Assembly (NCBI GenBank): GCA_004764695.1
Contig: SMSO01000031.1
Span: 4,502,436 to 4,566,435 of the forward strand
Direction: 5' to 3'
Length of the DNA stretch: 64,000 nt
DNA from: Schizochytrium sp. TIO01
Taxonomy: Eukaryota > Protista > Bigyra: Labyrinthulomycetes
Part shown: positions 40,959-51,831 of the stretch, one piece after another
Position numbering within the stretch: position 1 is the stretch's first letter
Layout of the letters: every line of letters begins with the position of its first letter
Program-made: the position numbers and the translations under genes
The notes under the pieces: model-generated
Database searches by the model: none
The model's input: only the letters and a program-made list of their open reading frames with translations
What the model was told of the DNA's origin: nothing

Positions 40959-43715
40959 CTAAAGGGGGGTTTTGAACTCTTGACGCGCTGATGATGATGT
41001 GGAAGCAGATCCAGACGGCGGTTGTGTTCCGCCACGCATATGGAAGAAGAAATCTGCGCGGCGAGCCCCAAATGCAGATCGCCAATTACGTGTTGAAAAG
41101 TAGCGGTCACCCGAAGAGTTATCTCTTTCAAAAATTTCATCTTCATCATCATCAGAGAGAACATGATCACCAGCATCCATTCCATGGAAACTATCATCAT
41201 CATCTTCTTCATCAAGATGGACCTCAAAGCTATCAGCATGGTCTTGTTGCATTCGAGAAGCCTGGCGCCGCCTTGCGGCAGCATCAGAGTCAGCGTAACG
41301 GCCTGGTTGAGACCCATCAGAAGTAGAGCCAAGGGAGGAACCACTATCTTCATCATCTACATCCTCCGGGTCGAATTCATCCCCGTCAAAGCCGCCGCGT
41401 AAGTCATGATCGATATCTCCTGGCATACCTGTGCGAGAATGTACACTCGAGCGACGTCCAAAACCAGACTCAGGGAAACCAGATGGTTCAGCATCACGAT
41501 AGCTGCTGGCGCCACTGTTGCTGTTGTTGCTACCTCGCTCTTCAGCACCTGCCCCAGAAGAAGCAGCGCCACTACCAGCTCCACTGGTAGTAGATGACGT
41601 GAATGGGGAGTTTCGCTTGCTTGAGTAGTTGTGGCGGGACCGCTTAGATGTCGAATAATAGCTGGAACTTGCCTCTGTAGTGGCATTCCACTGGGTTTGT
41701 TCTTCATGTTGGCGACGTACGATGTCATCCATGCGCTTAGAGATGCGATCAATGTCATACAGCGTTCGTTTCTGCTCATCGCTCAGAACTTCGTTGGCTT
41801 CGTTGATAGCCTTGAACATGATGGAGGCACGCGCCATATCATCTTCGGTTCCCCGATGCTTGTCAGGATGCCATTTAAGGCATTGTTTACGGAAGGATTG
41901 TTTGACTTGCGTCGGCGTGGCGTCCGCTTGCAGACCAAGAACAAGGTAGTGGTCAGTTGCCTTGGCAGCCAAATCACGAGCGCGTTCAAGGCAGGCTGTC
42001 CAGTCCTCCGTACCTGCAGCTGTGGCAGTGCTTCGACTTTGCTGCATTAGCTGTTCGTAGTCACTTACAGCGTGCGAGTAGTCAAAGAGAGCCATGTATG
42101 AAGATGCGCGCTGCGCAAGGGCGTTAGGATAAACTCCACCTTTCAGATCAATTGCCTTTGTGCAGCGCTCAACAGCTTGCAAATGAAGACCTGCCTTGAC
42201 GCAAGCTCGAGCACTGTTATAATAAAGAGTTGCACGGTTGGTGGATGTCGCAACCTTGTTGTCCTTCACAGTCTCTGCGAGCTCAATCGCCGATGAATAG
42301 GCACCTAGGGCACCCTTGAAGTCTTCTTGGGCGTACAAGCGATTTGCACGTACCGAATGCGACCAAAATAACATGTCTGCATCGCATAACAACTTCTCAA
42401 CAGCGACATGCGAAGCGTTGCTATTTGTTGGAATGGGGCTAGACCCCTGAGCAGCACGTGCCTTCAAACCATCAGGATCCGTAGTTTTTCTTTCATTGTC
42501 GGTGCTTGATGGACTCTTTCGAGCTGCAAAGGGAGCGCCCGGGTCATCATCATGGTCCAAAATATCGTCATCGATGTCTTCCTCGTCCTCAATGTCGGCA
42601 GACATGTCCAAGTTGGGCTCCTGGCTAGCAGCAATCTTAGCCTCCATGGTAGTGGTATAAGCAATCTTGGCAATTTCTTGAGGAGTCTTGCCAGAGTTGT
42701 CCTTTGCAGTTGCGTTGGCGCCATTGCGAAGCAAGAGTCGCACACATTTGGCGTGGCCTCCTTGGGCAGCCAAGTGTAGTGCAGTCTGTGCACTGGCTAA
42801 AGTAGCGCGTTCAAGATGCTCGCCCAGCGACTTTGCTCCAAAACTCAGCATCTTTTCCAGACTCTTATCAGATCCAGCAGCACTGGCATAATGTACAGCA
42901 TTCCAACCCTTCTTCTCGTCCACGACAGCAAAGGGATCGGCACCACATGTGAGAAGCAAAGTTACCATGTCAAAGGCTTTCCGACCGCGAATGCCCGCTG
43001 CCTCAGACAATGCAGCAGAAAGAGTCCGGCGATACGCCTCCAAGGCGCTCGATACAATTGCTCGCTCAGGATTCAACAAGGCCTTCACAGTCTCTAGCTT
43101 TCCCTCTCGCGCGGCGGTAAGCAACTGCTGAGAGTAAGATACAGTCTTATTCGATCCAAACTTACCGCCATTAAGCTTTGTTGGAGTATTCGGATCATCG
43201 TTTTCTACCGCAGAAGTCTTATTTGCGATATTGGATTTGTCGGTACCTCGCGGGTCTACCGGGGTTGCGTTAAGAACTTGAAAGCGCAAGGCCATAACCT
43301 CTGCGCGTAGTGCTTCGACCTCCTTGACAAGTTTACCCTGCTCCAAAAGCCGTTCTTTGGATTGAATATTTTCTACGAGCTGTGAATCACGTAGCTGTTG
43401 CTGCAGTGAATCAATAAGTTCTTGTTGACGAATGGACCTTGCCTTTTCAAGATCTAGAGTGGCCTTCAAAGACCCGACTTTGTCATGCAATGTGACGATA
43501 GCATTCTCGTAGCGGTCTTTCTCCTCCATGAAAGAAACCTCCACCTCCTCCACGACCTGCTGAAGTTTCTGCGACAGCAGAGATGTTACGCTAGATGAAT
43601 ATGAGCTGCTGCTAGTGGATCTTGATCCGAAAGGGTCTCCATCGCGCCGCGAGGAATCAAAAGTTGAGCCTCCACCGCGTCTGAAGCCGCCCTGGGACTG
43701 CTGCGAGCTTCGCAT
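40959..43715 (-). CDS. Coiled-coil + ankyrin repeats + TPR + DnaJ (J-domain) co-chaperone-like protein
   Basis: Ankyrin motifs GWNAVHYASAAG and QTALHLAAQGGHAKCVRLLLRNGA; TPR ATLYYNSARA; J-domain DHYLVLGL...KWHPDK...AINEANEVLSDEQKRTLYD. First ATG at 43715 (ORF track starts at GTG 43739). Confidence 0.85.
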   Translation of the reverse strand: MRSSQQSQGGFRRGGGSTFDSSRRDGDPFGSRSTSSSSYSSSVTSLLSQKLQQVVEEVEVSFMEEKDRYENAIVTLHDKVGSLKATLDLEKARSIRQQELIDSLQQQLRDSQLVENIQSKERLLEQGKLVKEVEALRAEVMALRFQVLNATPVDPRGTDKSNIANKTSAVENDDPNTPTKLNGGKFGSNKTVSYSQQLLTAAREGKLETVKALLNPERAIVSSALEAYRRTLSAALSEAAGIRGRKAFDMVTLLLTCGADPFAVVDEKKGWNAVHYASAAGSDKSLEKMLSFGAKSLGEHLERATLASAQTALHLAAQGGHAKCVRLLLRNGANATAKDNSGKTPQEIAKIAYTTTMEAKIAASQEPNLDMSADIEDEEDIDDDILDHDDDPGAPFAARKSPSSTDNERKTTDPDGLKARAAQGSSPIPTNSNASHVAVEKLLCDADMLFWSHSVRANRLYAQEDFKGALGAYSSAIELAETVKDNKVATSTNRATLYYNSARACVKAGLHLQAVERCTKAIDLKGGVYPNALAQRASSYMALFDYSHAVSDYEQLMQQSRSTATAAGTEDWTACLERARDLAAKATDHYLVLGLQADATPTQVKQSFRKQCLKWHPDKHRGTEDDMARASIMFKAINEANEVLSDEQKRTLYDIDRISKRMDDIVRRQHEEQTQWNATTEASSSYYSTSKRSRHNYSSKRNSPFTSSTTSGAGSGAASSGAGAEERGSNNSNSGASSYRDAEPSGFPESGFGRRSSVHSRTGMPGDIDHDLRGGFDGDEFDPEDVDDEDSGSSLGSTSDGSQPGRYADSDAAARRRQASRMQQDHADSFEVHLDEEDDDDSFHGMDAGDHVLSDDDEDEIFERDNSSGDRYFSTRNWRSAFGARRADFFFHMRGGTQPPSGSASTSSSARQEFKTPL

Positions 43716-45454
43716 AGTATGACTTGTGCTTTTAACCACGTACTACACGCGGGTCGATTCGAAAAAGTCTGTGTTTCGATGGCAGCAAAGTTGCCGCTAC
43801 AGCAATTCTGTTTGCCTTCTTTGCGGATAAATCTGAGCTTAAGAACTCGTTTTACAGCTATAGTTGGCTTTACCCCTCGACAATAAAAGTCCGAGGACCC
43901 ACCACCAAAGCACTAGGAGACAAGAACAGCCAAGCCCTAGTGGCCTTAATCGGCCACACGGCACAGGCTTCTGTGCAAGCGACCACCAGCTGTCCAGGTG
44001 ATTCAACTCCCGTTTGCTTACCAACTAATACCCAAGTTTGCCGGCAGCTGATCGAACAATCGATGAGCAAGCGAGCGAGCTAAGCCGGCAAGACCTTGCA
44101 CGGACCGTGCGTCTGTAAATCGAGCGAGCTTAGACCTTTGCACTTGTGAGTTTATGCGGTTTCGCGGCAATCTGGTCTCCACGTTCGAACGGCGAAACTG
44201 TCTTTTCCGTCACCCGATTTTCACAAACAGACAAACAAACAACTAAAGAAACACACAAATAAAAACAGAAACAGAAGAAACAGAAACAACAAAACAAAAG
44301 AACGATCGTGAACGAAAGAACGAACGATCGAACGAATGAATGAGCCAAGTTGATCGCGGCGAACCGCACGCGACGACCGTGCCTGAGGCGAGGATCTCCT
44401 TCACAGCTAAAACCCCCACCCCCCCTACAAGCACCTCTGTAGGTTCCGGTGGCGGTACCTCGAGCCTGTCTGCCTGCCTGTCTCACCAGGTATGCACGAG
44501 CAAGATGAGGGTTTGGCTGAGTTTGAATTTGCTCTCTATTTCTTTTCTTTCTGTTCAAGACTTTGAAAACCTTTGAATCTTTGAAACTCCAAGGTTTGAA
44601 ATCAGCAGTTCTAGGCAGACAAAGGAAGGCTTGCTTGCACTGGCGAGGTCCGCGAGAGAACTGGAGGAGACAAAGCTGCGCCAGGAGAGAGGCACGACCC
44701 TCTTTCAAGGGCGGGACTTGCTCGCCGCAGTTCTGGAGGCAGCGGGTTCTGGTCTGGGACTTGCGCGTAGACCCGCCTCGACTGCTATTTTCTTTATTCT
44801 GTTATAGATCTCCTCTCATCCTGATTCAAAATGATTGCCACCTTTCCTTATTAAAAGTTTCCAAACCTCTGGGAGTGGAGGAACGGAATACTCCACTGTG
44901 CACCCCCCCTATAACCCACTTTGAGCCGGTATTGCAAGTAGACTATACGGAATAAACTCCATTGAACGCGTATCATGAAAGCGCAACTGATTTTGTTCAA
45001 AGAAAAAGGGAGTTTCTTCTCTCCATCGGGAGTTATTGTAGTTACACTGAGCGAACTTACAGTTTATATTAGCTACTGCTACCGATTAGCAGCTAACGAT
45101 GACGATGCCGTTAGGAAGGCAGGCGCGGTTTGCAGAACGCAAATTAGAGAAACGCAAATTGGGTTAAAAGGGGTTGCGCAAATGTCAAGTTTGGGATGGT
45201 GATGGAGAGAAGTGATGAGTGCGACTTGAGACAACGCAAGAAACTGATAAAAAGGAAAAAAGGATTTGGGGGACTGTGAATGTCAGGCACTCAGACACAA
45301 AGCACTAAAGACATTCTTCATGGGCATAGCCTGAACTCTGCCCAAGGAGTCAGCTGACCTTTTTCTGCAGATAAAAGTTGTGTGACTTTCAACGGTTCGT
45401 TTGCAAGGGTGAAAAAGCAGAGGCAACAGAGCAGAAATCATATCTACGGTCGTC

Positions 45455-46945
45455 ATGGTCGAAAGAAAAGCACCACAACCTCGCAGCGCAGCGCTTGGTA
45501 TGCAAGGTGGGGACGATGGACTTGATGCAGGAGCAGAAAGTGGTGGAAGCCGTTTAGGCTTCATTCGCTTAAAATGTTTCAGTGTCTCGCGAACAATCAA
45601 GTTTTACACAACGTGTCTAGGCTTTGACCTAAAAAGAAAAAGCGAGCTAGAGGAAGGTGCCGTGACGATGGTATTTCTCACGCCCAAAGCAAGCGAAGAG
45701 TTTCCATTAGATTTACGTTTTGAATGCGAGCGATACAAACAGATGAAGTATAGCAAGGTTGCAAAGGTGCCAGTTTGCACGACCAGTCGCATTAAGCTTG
45801 TCTTTTATGTGCGTGACATGCGATCAGCACTGCTCTCAGTGGAGCGCAGCGCTACGGGATCTTGGGTTTTCAGCCTTCCTCAGCGCCATGCAAGCGTACT
45901 TATTGCAGTTGTGGTGGACCCAAATGGAATTCTTGTTGAACTTGTGGAAATGTCGGATAGCCTCCTCAAAGTGCCACCCCAGTTTCTTTCAGAATTTGAC
46001 AAGGTATCGCGTCAAAATGAAAATCATCATTCAAATCAAGGTCCTGTCAGGTTTGGATACGCGACTATCCGTTCGCCTGCCGCTCTTGAACATGCTCGAT
46101 ATTATGAAGCACTGTTTCGTCCTCGCTTGGATACTCGAAAAGGCCAGCGTTTGGCTCGCAAAAATAGAAGTTCTATGGCACAACAAACTCAGGGTATTCA
46201 TATTGTTGATAAGGAAGATTTTCCTGAGCTCCTGGCCTCCTTTGTCTGGATTGGATCTGGCCCACGCTCTCATTGTAGTACTGTCTGTTTTGTGCACAAA
46301 ATCGAACGCCAAGGCCTAGAAGTTCCTCGTTTACGTTTTGCTGCAAATACAACTAAGACTGTCCGCCAGAACCCACACGCGAGCTTCTCCCATCGTAGAG
46401 AAAGTTTACATCCTGATAACTCCGACCCAGCCACTAATCATAGTACTTCATTTCGGACACGTGGACACACAGCCGACGCTGCTAAGAAAGCCTTTCACTT
46501 TCTTATGGAGGCCAAGTCTGCTGAGGAAATTGACCCATTTATTGGTATAGGCATCTTTGTAAATGATCTTTTGGCGACACGGTCACGCCTGGAGCGTCAC
46601 ACACGCTATTCGATTACATTTATTGATGAACCCCATGAGCAAGAGGCAGTTGGTCGACTTTGTTCCTTCGCAGATGAGCACGGTGTTCTTGTACAGCTCG
46701 TTGATAACCGCTCAGCAATGCTCATCGACTTGCCAAAGGACCAACCGTTTGCTAAAGAACAAGTACGCAAGGAGCAAGGTCCATCCTCAGATACGCAGCG
46801 TAACCAAAGTCAAGAGCTCAACTCCAGCCGCGATCCTTCATCGACATCTTCTCCTTCTTCTTCTCGTGTTTTCCCTAGCCGTGTTGATCGCATCGTGGAC
46901 CCACGGACAAGGTACGATCCTCGCCATCCTGCACCTAGCAAATGA
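45455..46945 (+). CDS. VOC/glyoxalase-fold protein with two glyoxalase-like domains
   Basis: SVSRTIKFYTTCLGF, LVFYVRDM, VVDPNGILVELVE; second domain IGIFVNDL...FADEHGVLVQLVD. Confidence 0.75.
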   Translation: MVERKAPQPRSAALGMQGGDDGLDAGAESGGSRLGFIRLKCFSVSRTIKFYTTCLGFDLKRKSELEEGAVTMVFLTPKASEEFPLDLRFECERYKQMKYSKVAKVPVCTTSRIKLVFYVRDMRSALLSVERSATGSWVFSLPQRHASVLIAVVVDPNGILVELVEMSDSLLKVPPQFLSEFDKVSRQNENHHSNQGPVRFGYATIRSPAALEHARYYEALFRPRLDTRKGQRLARKNRSSMAQQTQGIHIVDKEDFPELLASFVWIGSGPRSHCSTVCFVHKIERQGLEVPRLRFAANTTKTVRQNPHASFSHRRESLHPDNSDPATNHSTSFRTRGHTADAAKKAFHFLMEAKSAEEIDPFIGIGIFVNDLLATRSRLERHTRYSITFIDEPHEQEAVGRLCSFADEHGVLVQLVDNRSAMLIDLPKDQPFAKEQVRKEQGPSSDTQRNQSQELNSSRDPSSTSSPSSSRVFPSRVDRIVDPRTRYDPRHPAPSK

Positions 46946-47514
46946 GACTTCTCCCATTCTATCGCAGGCTGTCTCCTCCATAAATTGTTTTTTGTCCAAT
47001 GTAATTTACATGGATTGGCTACGGTCTCCATTTTAAAGTAATCATTGAGCTTTTATCCCCAGGGCTCCTGCAATTTGTTGCAGCTGAAGAACCCTCCTCG
47101 AAAGCTATAGAACTCCTCTTTTTCCTTTATATTTCACCTAATCTATATCCTGAACTTTCCCATAACCTCTGTGTAGACTCAATTTGATGCTCTTGCCCCA
47201 CCGAAGGGGTTTCCATCTACTATTTCCTCTTCGATGTACCTTCGCTTATTCCTTCGCTCAATAATTCATTCATACACCATTTGCTCACTCCCCAATTCAG
47301 CATTCTCCCCTAGAGGGACATACCTATATAGTCCCCGGTAGTTAGGTCATAGTCTACTTATACAACCTTTTATAAGTGGCTTGTAGATGGGTCTCTCAGT
47401 AGGCTTTAGAGGGATACAAGTAGAGTATAGCACATAGCAAGTAGAGTATAATTAGAGCGGTACGCTTCTTGGGGACCAGAACGCTATTGCTTCGCCAACT
47501 GGCGCCAGATCCGC

Positions 47515-50055
47515 ATGCAGGCTTCGCTCGCGGCGGTGGGCATTTGCGCAACGAGAGGGCTGCGCATACGCTTCGTTTCACCTGCGATTAGAGGTCTTCA
47601 AACCGTCCCGCCTCCTAGCGTACCCGGAAGCAGGCCGCAGCTCGCAACGCTCTGGTCGCCTCAGGCTAACATGGACATCCGTAGCTTTTTCGCCAAGGGC
47701 CGTGGTGGCGCTAAATCCGCTGGAAATGTTAGCACAGAGAGTGCAAACAAGATCGAAAAAAGTAGTAACAGCAAAGACAAGAATGCTAAAGAAACTACTG
47801 AGAAGAACAACCTCAGCAGTAGTAGCTCAAACGCACCGACGCTGACAGCAAGAAAGGTTGCAGACGCCAAAGCCACAACCACACCATCTATTTTTACCAA
47901 AAAGCAGGCAGAAGAATCCTCTGATAAACGCAAACGCGAAGAAGATCTTGAGGAATTAAAGGCAAAAAAGGTTGTTGTCAAGGAGGATAGTAAAGGAGGC
48001 AAGCGCGTGCAGGTGCAATCCAGCCCCAAGAAGAAATCTGAGGTCGCGAAAGCTGTAGATGATGGCGTTGTTCCGTATGGCTGGGTTGCGGATGCATTTG
48101 ACAAGATCGAGGCCACGACAAAACGCTTGGAGATCCAACGTATTCTTTGCGGCCTTTTTAACCAAGTCCTCAGCGCGAACCAAGATGCACTCCTCCCGTG
48201 CGTATACATTTGCTCAGGACAGGTTGCACCCGCGTTCCATGGTATAGAAATGGGCGTAGGTGATGCGTTACTCATGAAGGCAATTGCCAACTCGACTGGG
48301 CGTACAAAATCTGCAATCTCGAGCAAGTATGAAGAGCATGGTGACCTTGGTACCGTGGCAATGGTCTGCAAAAAGTCCCAAAACACGATTTTTGGTGCCA
48401 AGCCTAAGCCGCTCTCTGTTGATCATGTATTCGCGCAAATGCGCAAAATCTCTGAAATCGGGGCCCAAGATGCAAAAGAGAAGCTAATTCACAAGCTTCT
48501 TGTGAATGGTGTTGGCACTGAGCCCAAATACCTTGTTCGCTTTCTTCAAGGCAAGCTTCGCATCGGTCTTGCCGAGCAAACCGTAGTTATCTCTCTTGCG
48601 CATGCGCTCTGTGAATACCATTATCAGCAGCAACTCAAGGCCGTAGGAGGAGCTGCCTCAGAATCAGTTGACAGTGATGATGATATTGAAGACGTTGAGG
48701 AAGGGGATGACAAAACGAAACCAATCCGGATTAAATGGAACCCTGCGGATGCTAAAATCCGTGAAGAGGCCGTCAACATGCTCAAACAAGTACAGTGCGA
48801 ATTGCCTGTGTATGAGGAAATTCTCAAAGCTAGTCTGAAGCCGACTGAACCGAATGAAATGTGGTACACTAACCTTCGCAAGGAGTGCCACATTCGTGCT
48901 GGTGTTCCTTTGAAGCCTATGCTTGCAAAACCGACGAACGGCGTCAGTGTGGTTCTGGACCGCTTCGCTGACCGCGCATTCTCTTGTGAATACAAATATG
49001 ATGGCGAGCGTGCCCAGATCCACATGACCACTGATGACAAGAATGCTCCTGAGGTAAAGGTTTACAGTCGCAACTCCGAAGACAACACTGTCAAGTACCC
49101 AGATATTGTTCAAGATATTCTGGCCGCTTTTAGTACAGAAGGTGAAAGTGGTGTATCTAGTTTCATCATGGATGCTGAGGCGGTGGCTTACGATGTAGAA
49201 AAGGCCACTCTTTTGCCCTTTCAGATCCTCAGTACTCGTGCGCGAAAAGACGTCAATATTGAAGATGTCAAGGTTAAGGTCATCGTGTGCGCCTTTGATC
49301 TTTTGTATTTGAACGGAGAGTCCCTTCTCGAGAAACCTCTTGAAGAGCGCCGGGATTTGTTGCGCAAGCATTTCAAGCCTGTGGAGCACAAGTTCTGTTT
49401 CGCACAATCTATGGATGGCACTGACACAGAGGACATTGAAGCATTTCTTAACAAAGCTGTAGAAGATAAATGCGAAGGTCTGATGGTGAAGGCTCTGCAG
49501 GGACCTGAATCCTTCTACGCTCCTGCACGCCGGAGTTTGAACTGGCTCAAGCTTAAGAAGGATTACCTGAATAATCTAGCTGATTCACTCGATCTTGTCC
49601 CGATCGGAGCGTTTCACGGTCGTGGTAAGCGCACTGGTGTTTATGGTGCCTATGTACTTGCATGCTATGATCCAGACCTTGAGCAATACCAAAGCATTAC
49701 CAAGATTGGTACTGGCTTTTCTGATGAGGCTCTCAAAGAGTTTACTGACTTACTGAAGCAATCTGTTGTAGAAGAGAGGCCGTCAGACTATGACTGTGAC
49801 TTAACCCCCGATGTTTGGTTTACGCCTACTCAAGTTTGGGAGGTTCGAGCTGCTGATTTATCTATCTCTCCCTTGCACCGCGCTGCGGTAGGTAAGATCG
49901 ATCCGGGTAAGGGCATTGCTCTTCGGTTCCCACGCTTTTTGCGTATTCGTGATGACAAGGCTGTCGAAGATGCAACCAATGCTCTTCAAGTGGCTGAAAT
50001 GTACTCCAGCCAGAGTCTAGCTTCAGACCGTAACGCAATGGAGGAAGACTTTTAG
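47515..50055 (+). CDS. LIG1: ATP-dependent DNA ligase I
   Basis: PLKPMLAKP, motif I EYKYDGERAQIH, FDLLYLNGESL, EGLMVK, WLKLKKDY, GIALRFPRFLRIRDDK; N-terminal DNA-binding domain. Confidence 0.97.
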   Translation: MQASLAAVGICATRGLRIRFVSPAIRGLQTVPPPSVPGSRPQLATLWSPQANMDIRSFFAKGRGGAKSAGNVSTESANKIEKSSNSKDKNAKETTEKNNLSSSSSNAPTLTARKVADAKATTTPSIFTKKQAEESSDKRKREEDLEELKAKKVVVKEDSKGGKRVQVQSSPKKKSEVAKAVDDGVVPYGWVADAFDKIEATTKRLEIQRILCGLFNQVLSANQDALLPCVYICSGQVAPAFHGIEMGVGDALLMKAIANSTGRTKSAISSKYEEHGDLGTVAMVCKKSQNTIFGAKPKPLSVDHVFAQMRKISEIGAQDAKEKLIHKLLVNGVGTEPKYLVRFLQGKLRIGLAEQTVVISLAHALCEYHYQQQLKAVGGAASESVDSDDDIEDVEEGDDKTKPIRIKWNPADAKIREEAVNMLKQVQCELPVYEEILKASLKPTEPNEMWYTNLRKECHIRAGVPLKPMLAKPTNGVSVVLDRFADRAFSCEYKYDGERAQIHMTTDDKNAPEVKVYSRNSEDNTVKYPDIVQDILAAFSTEGESGVSSFIMDAEAVAYDVEKATLLPFQILSTRARKDVNIEDVKVKVIVCAFDLLYLNGESLLEKPLEERRDLLRKHFKPVEHKFCFAQSMDGTDTEDIEAFLNKAVEDKCEGLMVKALQGPESFYAPARRSLNWLKLKKDYLNNLADSLDLVPIGAFHGRGKRTGVYGAYVLACYDPDLEQYQSITKIGTGFSDEALKEFTDLLKQSVVEERPSDYDCDLTPDVWFTPTQVWEVRAADLSISPLHRAAVGKIDPGKGIALRFPRFLRIRDDKAVEDATNALQVAEMYSSQSLASDRNAMEEDF

Positions 50056-50569
50056 ACCCATTCGATTTATTTCTACAATATTTGCCTTATTTTGTCGTTG
50101 TGATTCCCTTCGCTTGTGCAATCATCTTCACTTTGAGCCTGCCATTGTTCTATTAGGAGGCTCTAGATTAGTCGGATAAATTTCTCAAGGTGTGTCTCCA
50201 AAGATCTTGCAATCCCAATGTTCAATTAATTTGTTATTGGAATAGATCGTAAACACAGCAGGACAAACATCTGCTTTATTCTTCATCATTTTCTGAAGAA
50301 AGATAAACCGTAAAAACTCAAACTTATATCAGCATGTTCTAACTATGGGTTCACTTGACATAAATCTACTTGGTGTGACAAATCACTCCATCACATCCGA
50401 GATTCCATAAAGCAGTAAAATCGAAGAGGAAAAGTAAACAGTAGATTGGATAATGAATAAACAATTAATACAGCGCTGCACGGGTAGGTTTATTAAAGGG
50501 GAACTACTACTACTTCCTCCACCGCCACCGCTACTGCTACGCTTGTATGCAGGAATCGACAGGGTTTGC

Positions 50570-51313
50570 TTAGTAGAACTTTCCAATGAAGGGAGCCCGG
50601 TCACTCAGACAGCGGTCAAAGACCTTTTCAACAGCGGCCTTCGCAATATCTTTGCAGTGCTCATGGCCAGCCACAGAAAGTTCTGCACGCCTGCGAACGC
50701 AGCGCTCGCCCTGACCCTTGACAGAGAGTTGCCCACGACCCATTTCTGCACCCATTGTGCAGTCTCCAGACAAGTTGGCAGCACGTACCTCTGTGCAAGC
50801 CAAGTGCAAGCAGTTGTGCCAATCGACCTTTGCACGGCATGTATCATACGCATGCACAAGTTCGTGGGCTGCAGTGCGCTCAACATGTTTAGCAGAGACT
50901 TGAAATTTAGAAATGTTGTCTTCGCACAGTACAACATGAGCCTTTTCGTCGTCCTTTGCGGGTGAGAATGCGCCGATGATGCCCTCATTTTCACATGGCT
51001 GGCAACGGAAGAAATCAGGCATCGGAAAGTCACAGCCAAGTTTTTCCATACCTTCGCGAATGATCTTGACCTTGTCGCTTTCAAGGGCCTTGTCGCGGTA
51101 TTCTTTGCATTTACGACGAGCTTCTTGAGCAGCAGAATCGCTTTCCACCTCATTTCTTTTCACTTCCGAAGGCGCTGCAGAGGCAGCAGCTTCAGTCGCA
51201 TCATGACCCATGCCAGACCCTGCACTCTCGCTAGTGACGGTAGATAAGCCTGCAGAAGCAGGCTCGGCAGATGCCGTAGCTGCGTTTGTAACGACTTCTT
51301 TGGCCTCAGACAT
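50570..51313 (-). CDS. ATP23: Mitochondrial inner membrane protease ATP23 (peptidase M76)
   Basis: TAAHELVHAYDTCR, HLACTEVRAANLSGDC, CVRRRAELSV, VFDRCLSDRAPF. Confidence 0.93.
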   Translation of the reverse strand: MSEAKEVVTNAATASAEPASAGLSTVTSESAGSGMGHDATEAAASAAPSEVKRNEVESDSAAQEARRKCKEYRDKALESDKVKIIREGMEKLGCDFPMPDFFRCQPCENEGIIGAFSPAKDDEKAHVVLCEDNISKFQVSAKHVERTAAHELVHAYDTCRAKVDWHNCLHLACTEVRAANLSGDCTMGAEMGRGQLSVKGQGERCVRRRAELSVAGHEHCKDIAKAAVEKVFDRCLSDRAPFIGKFY

Positions 51314-51831
51314 TGTTGTATTGTGATTCTGAGTTTTGGTTTACTCTTGTTGCGCTTGTGGAGGACCACACGTAGTACTAAGTACTGCAAGAGGAGCCAT
51401 GGTCCTATACAAAGCGTATATGACTACTATGGTTAGCTAGGAAATGTAATACACTACAACTTTCTTACCTGCAACTAGCTATGGGCTGGTGCTGTGTATG
51501 ACAAATAAGTTGTTAAATGATTTGCGAACTCTCCGTTCGGGCACTTGAAATATAATGTCGCTTGTGGAAAACAAAAAAAGAACATTTAAGAAGTTATTAA
51601 ATGTTAGGAATAGTTTTAATTTCTCTTTACAAACGCTATATAAATATGAAAACGTGGAGATGGTTCTCCCCAATTCTCTTTAATTTTGGTACCACAATAA
51701 CGACAATACTTATTTTAATATGATTACTGTATCAGCTTCGATCAGGTGTGAATTTCATAAAATTTAAAAGCGAGAAAATAGAAACCTAAGAAAAAGTCTT
51801 CATCAAATCTGTGTAAACTTTTCTTCGTCCA

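Noticed and set aside
47661-49454. Long antisense ORFs within LIG1 (similarly within CSN2, the J-protein, ATP23, the pseudokinase and Mpv17)
   Set aside because: Shadow ORFs explained by codon bias of the real gene on the opposite strand.
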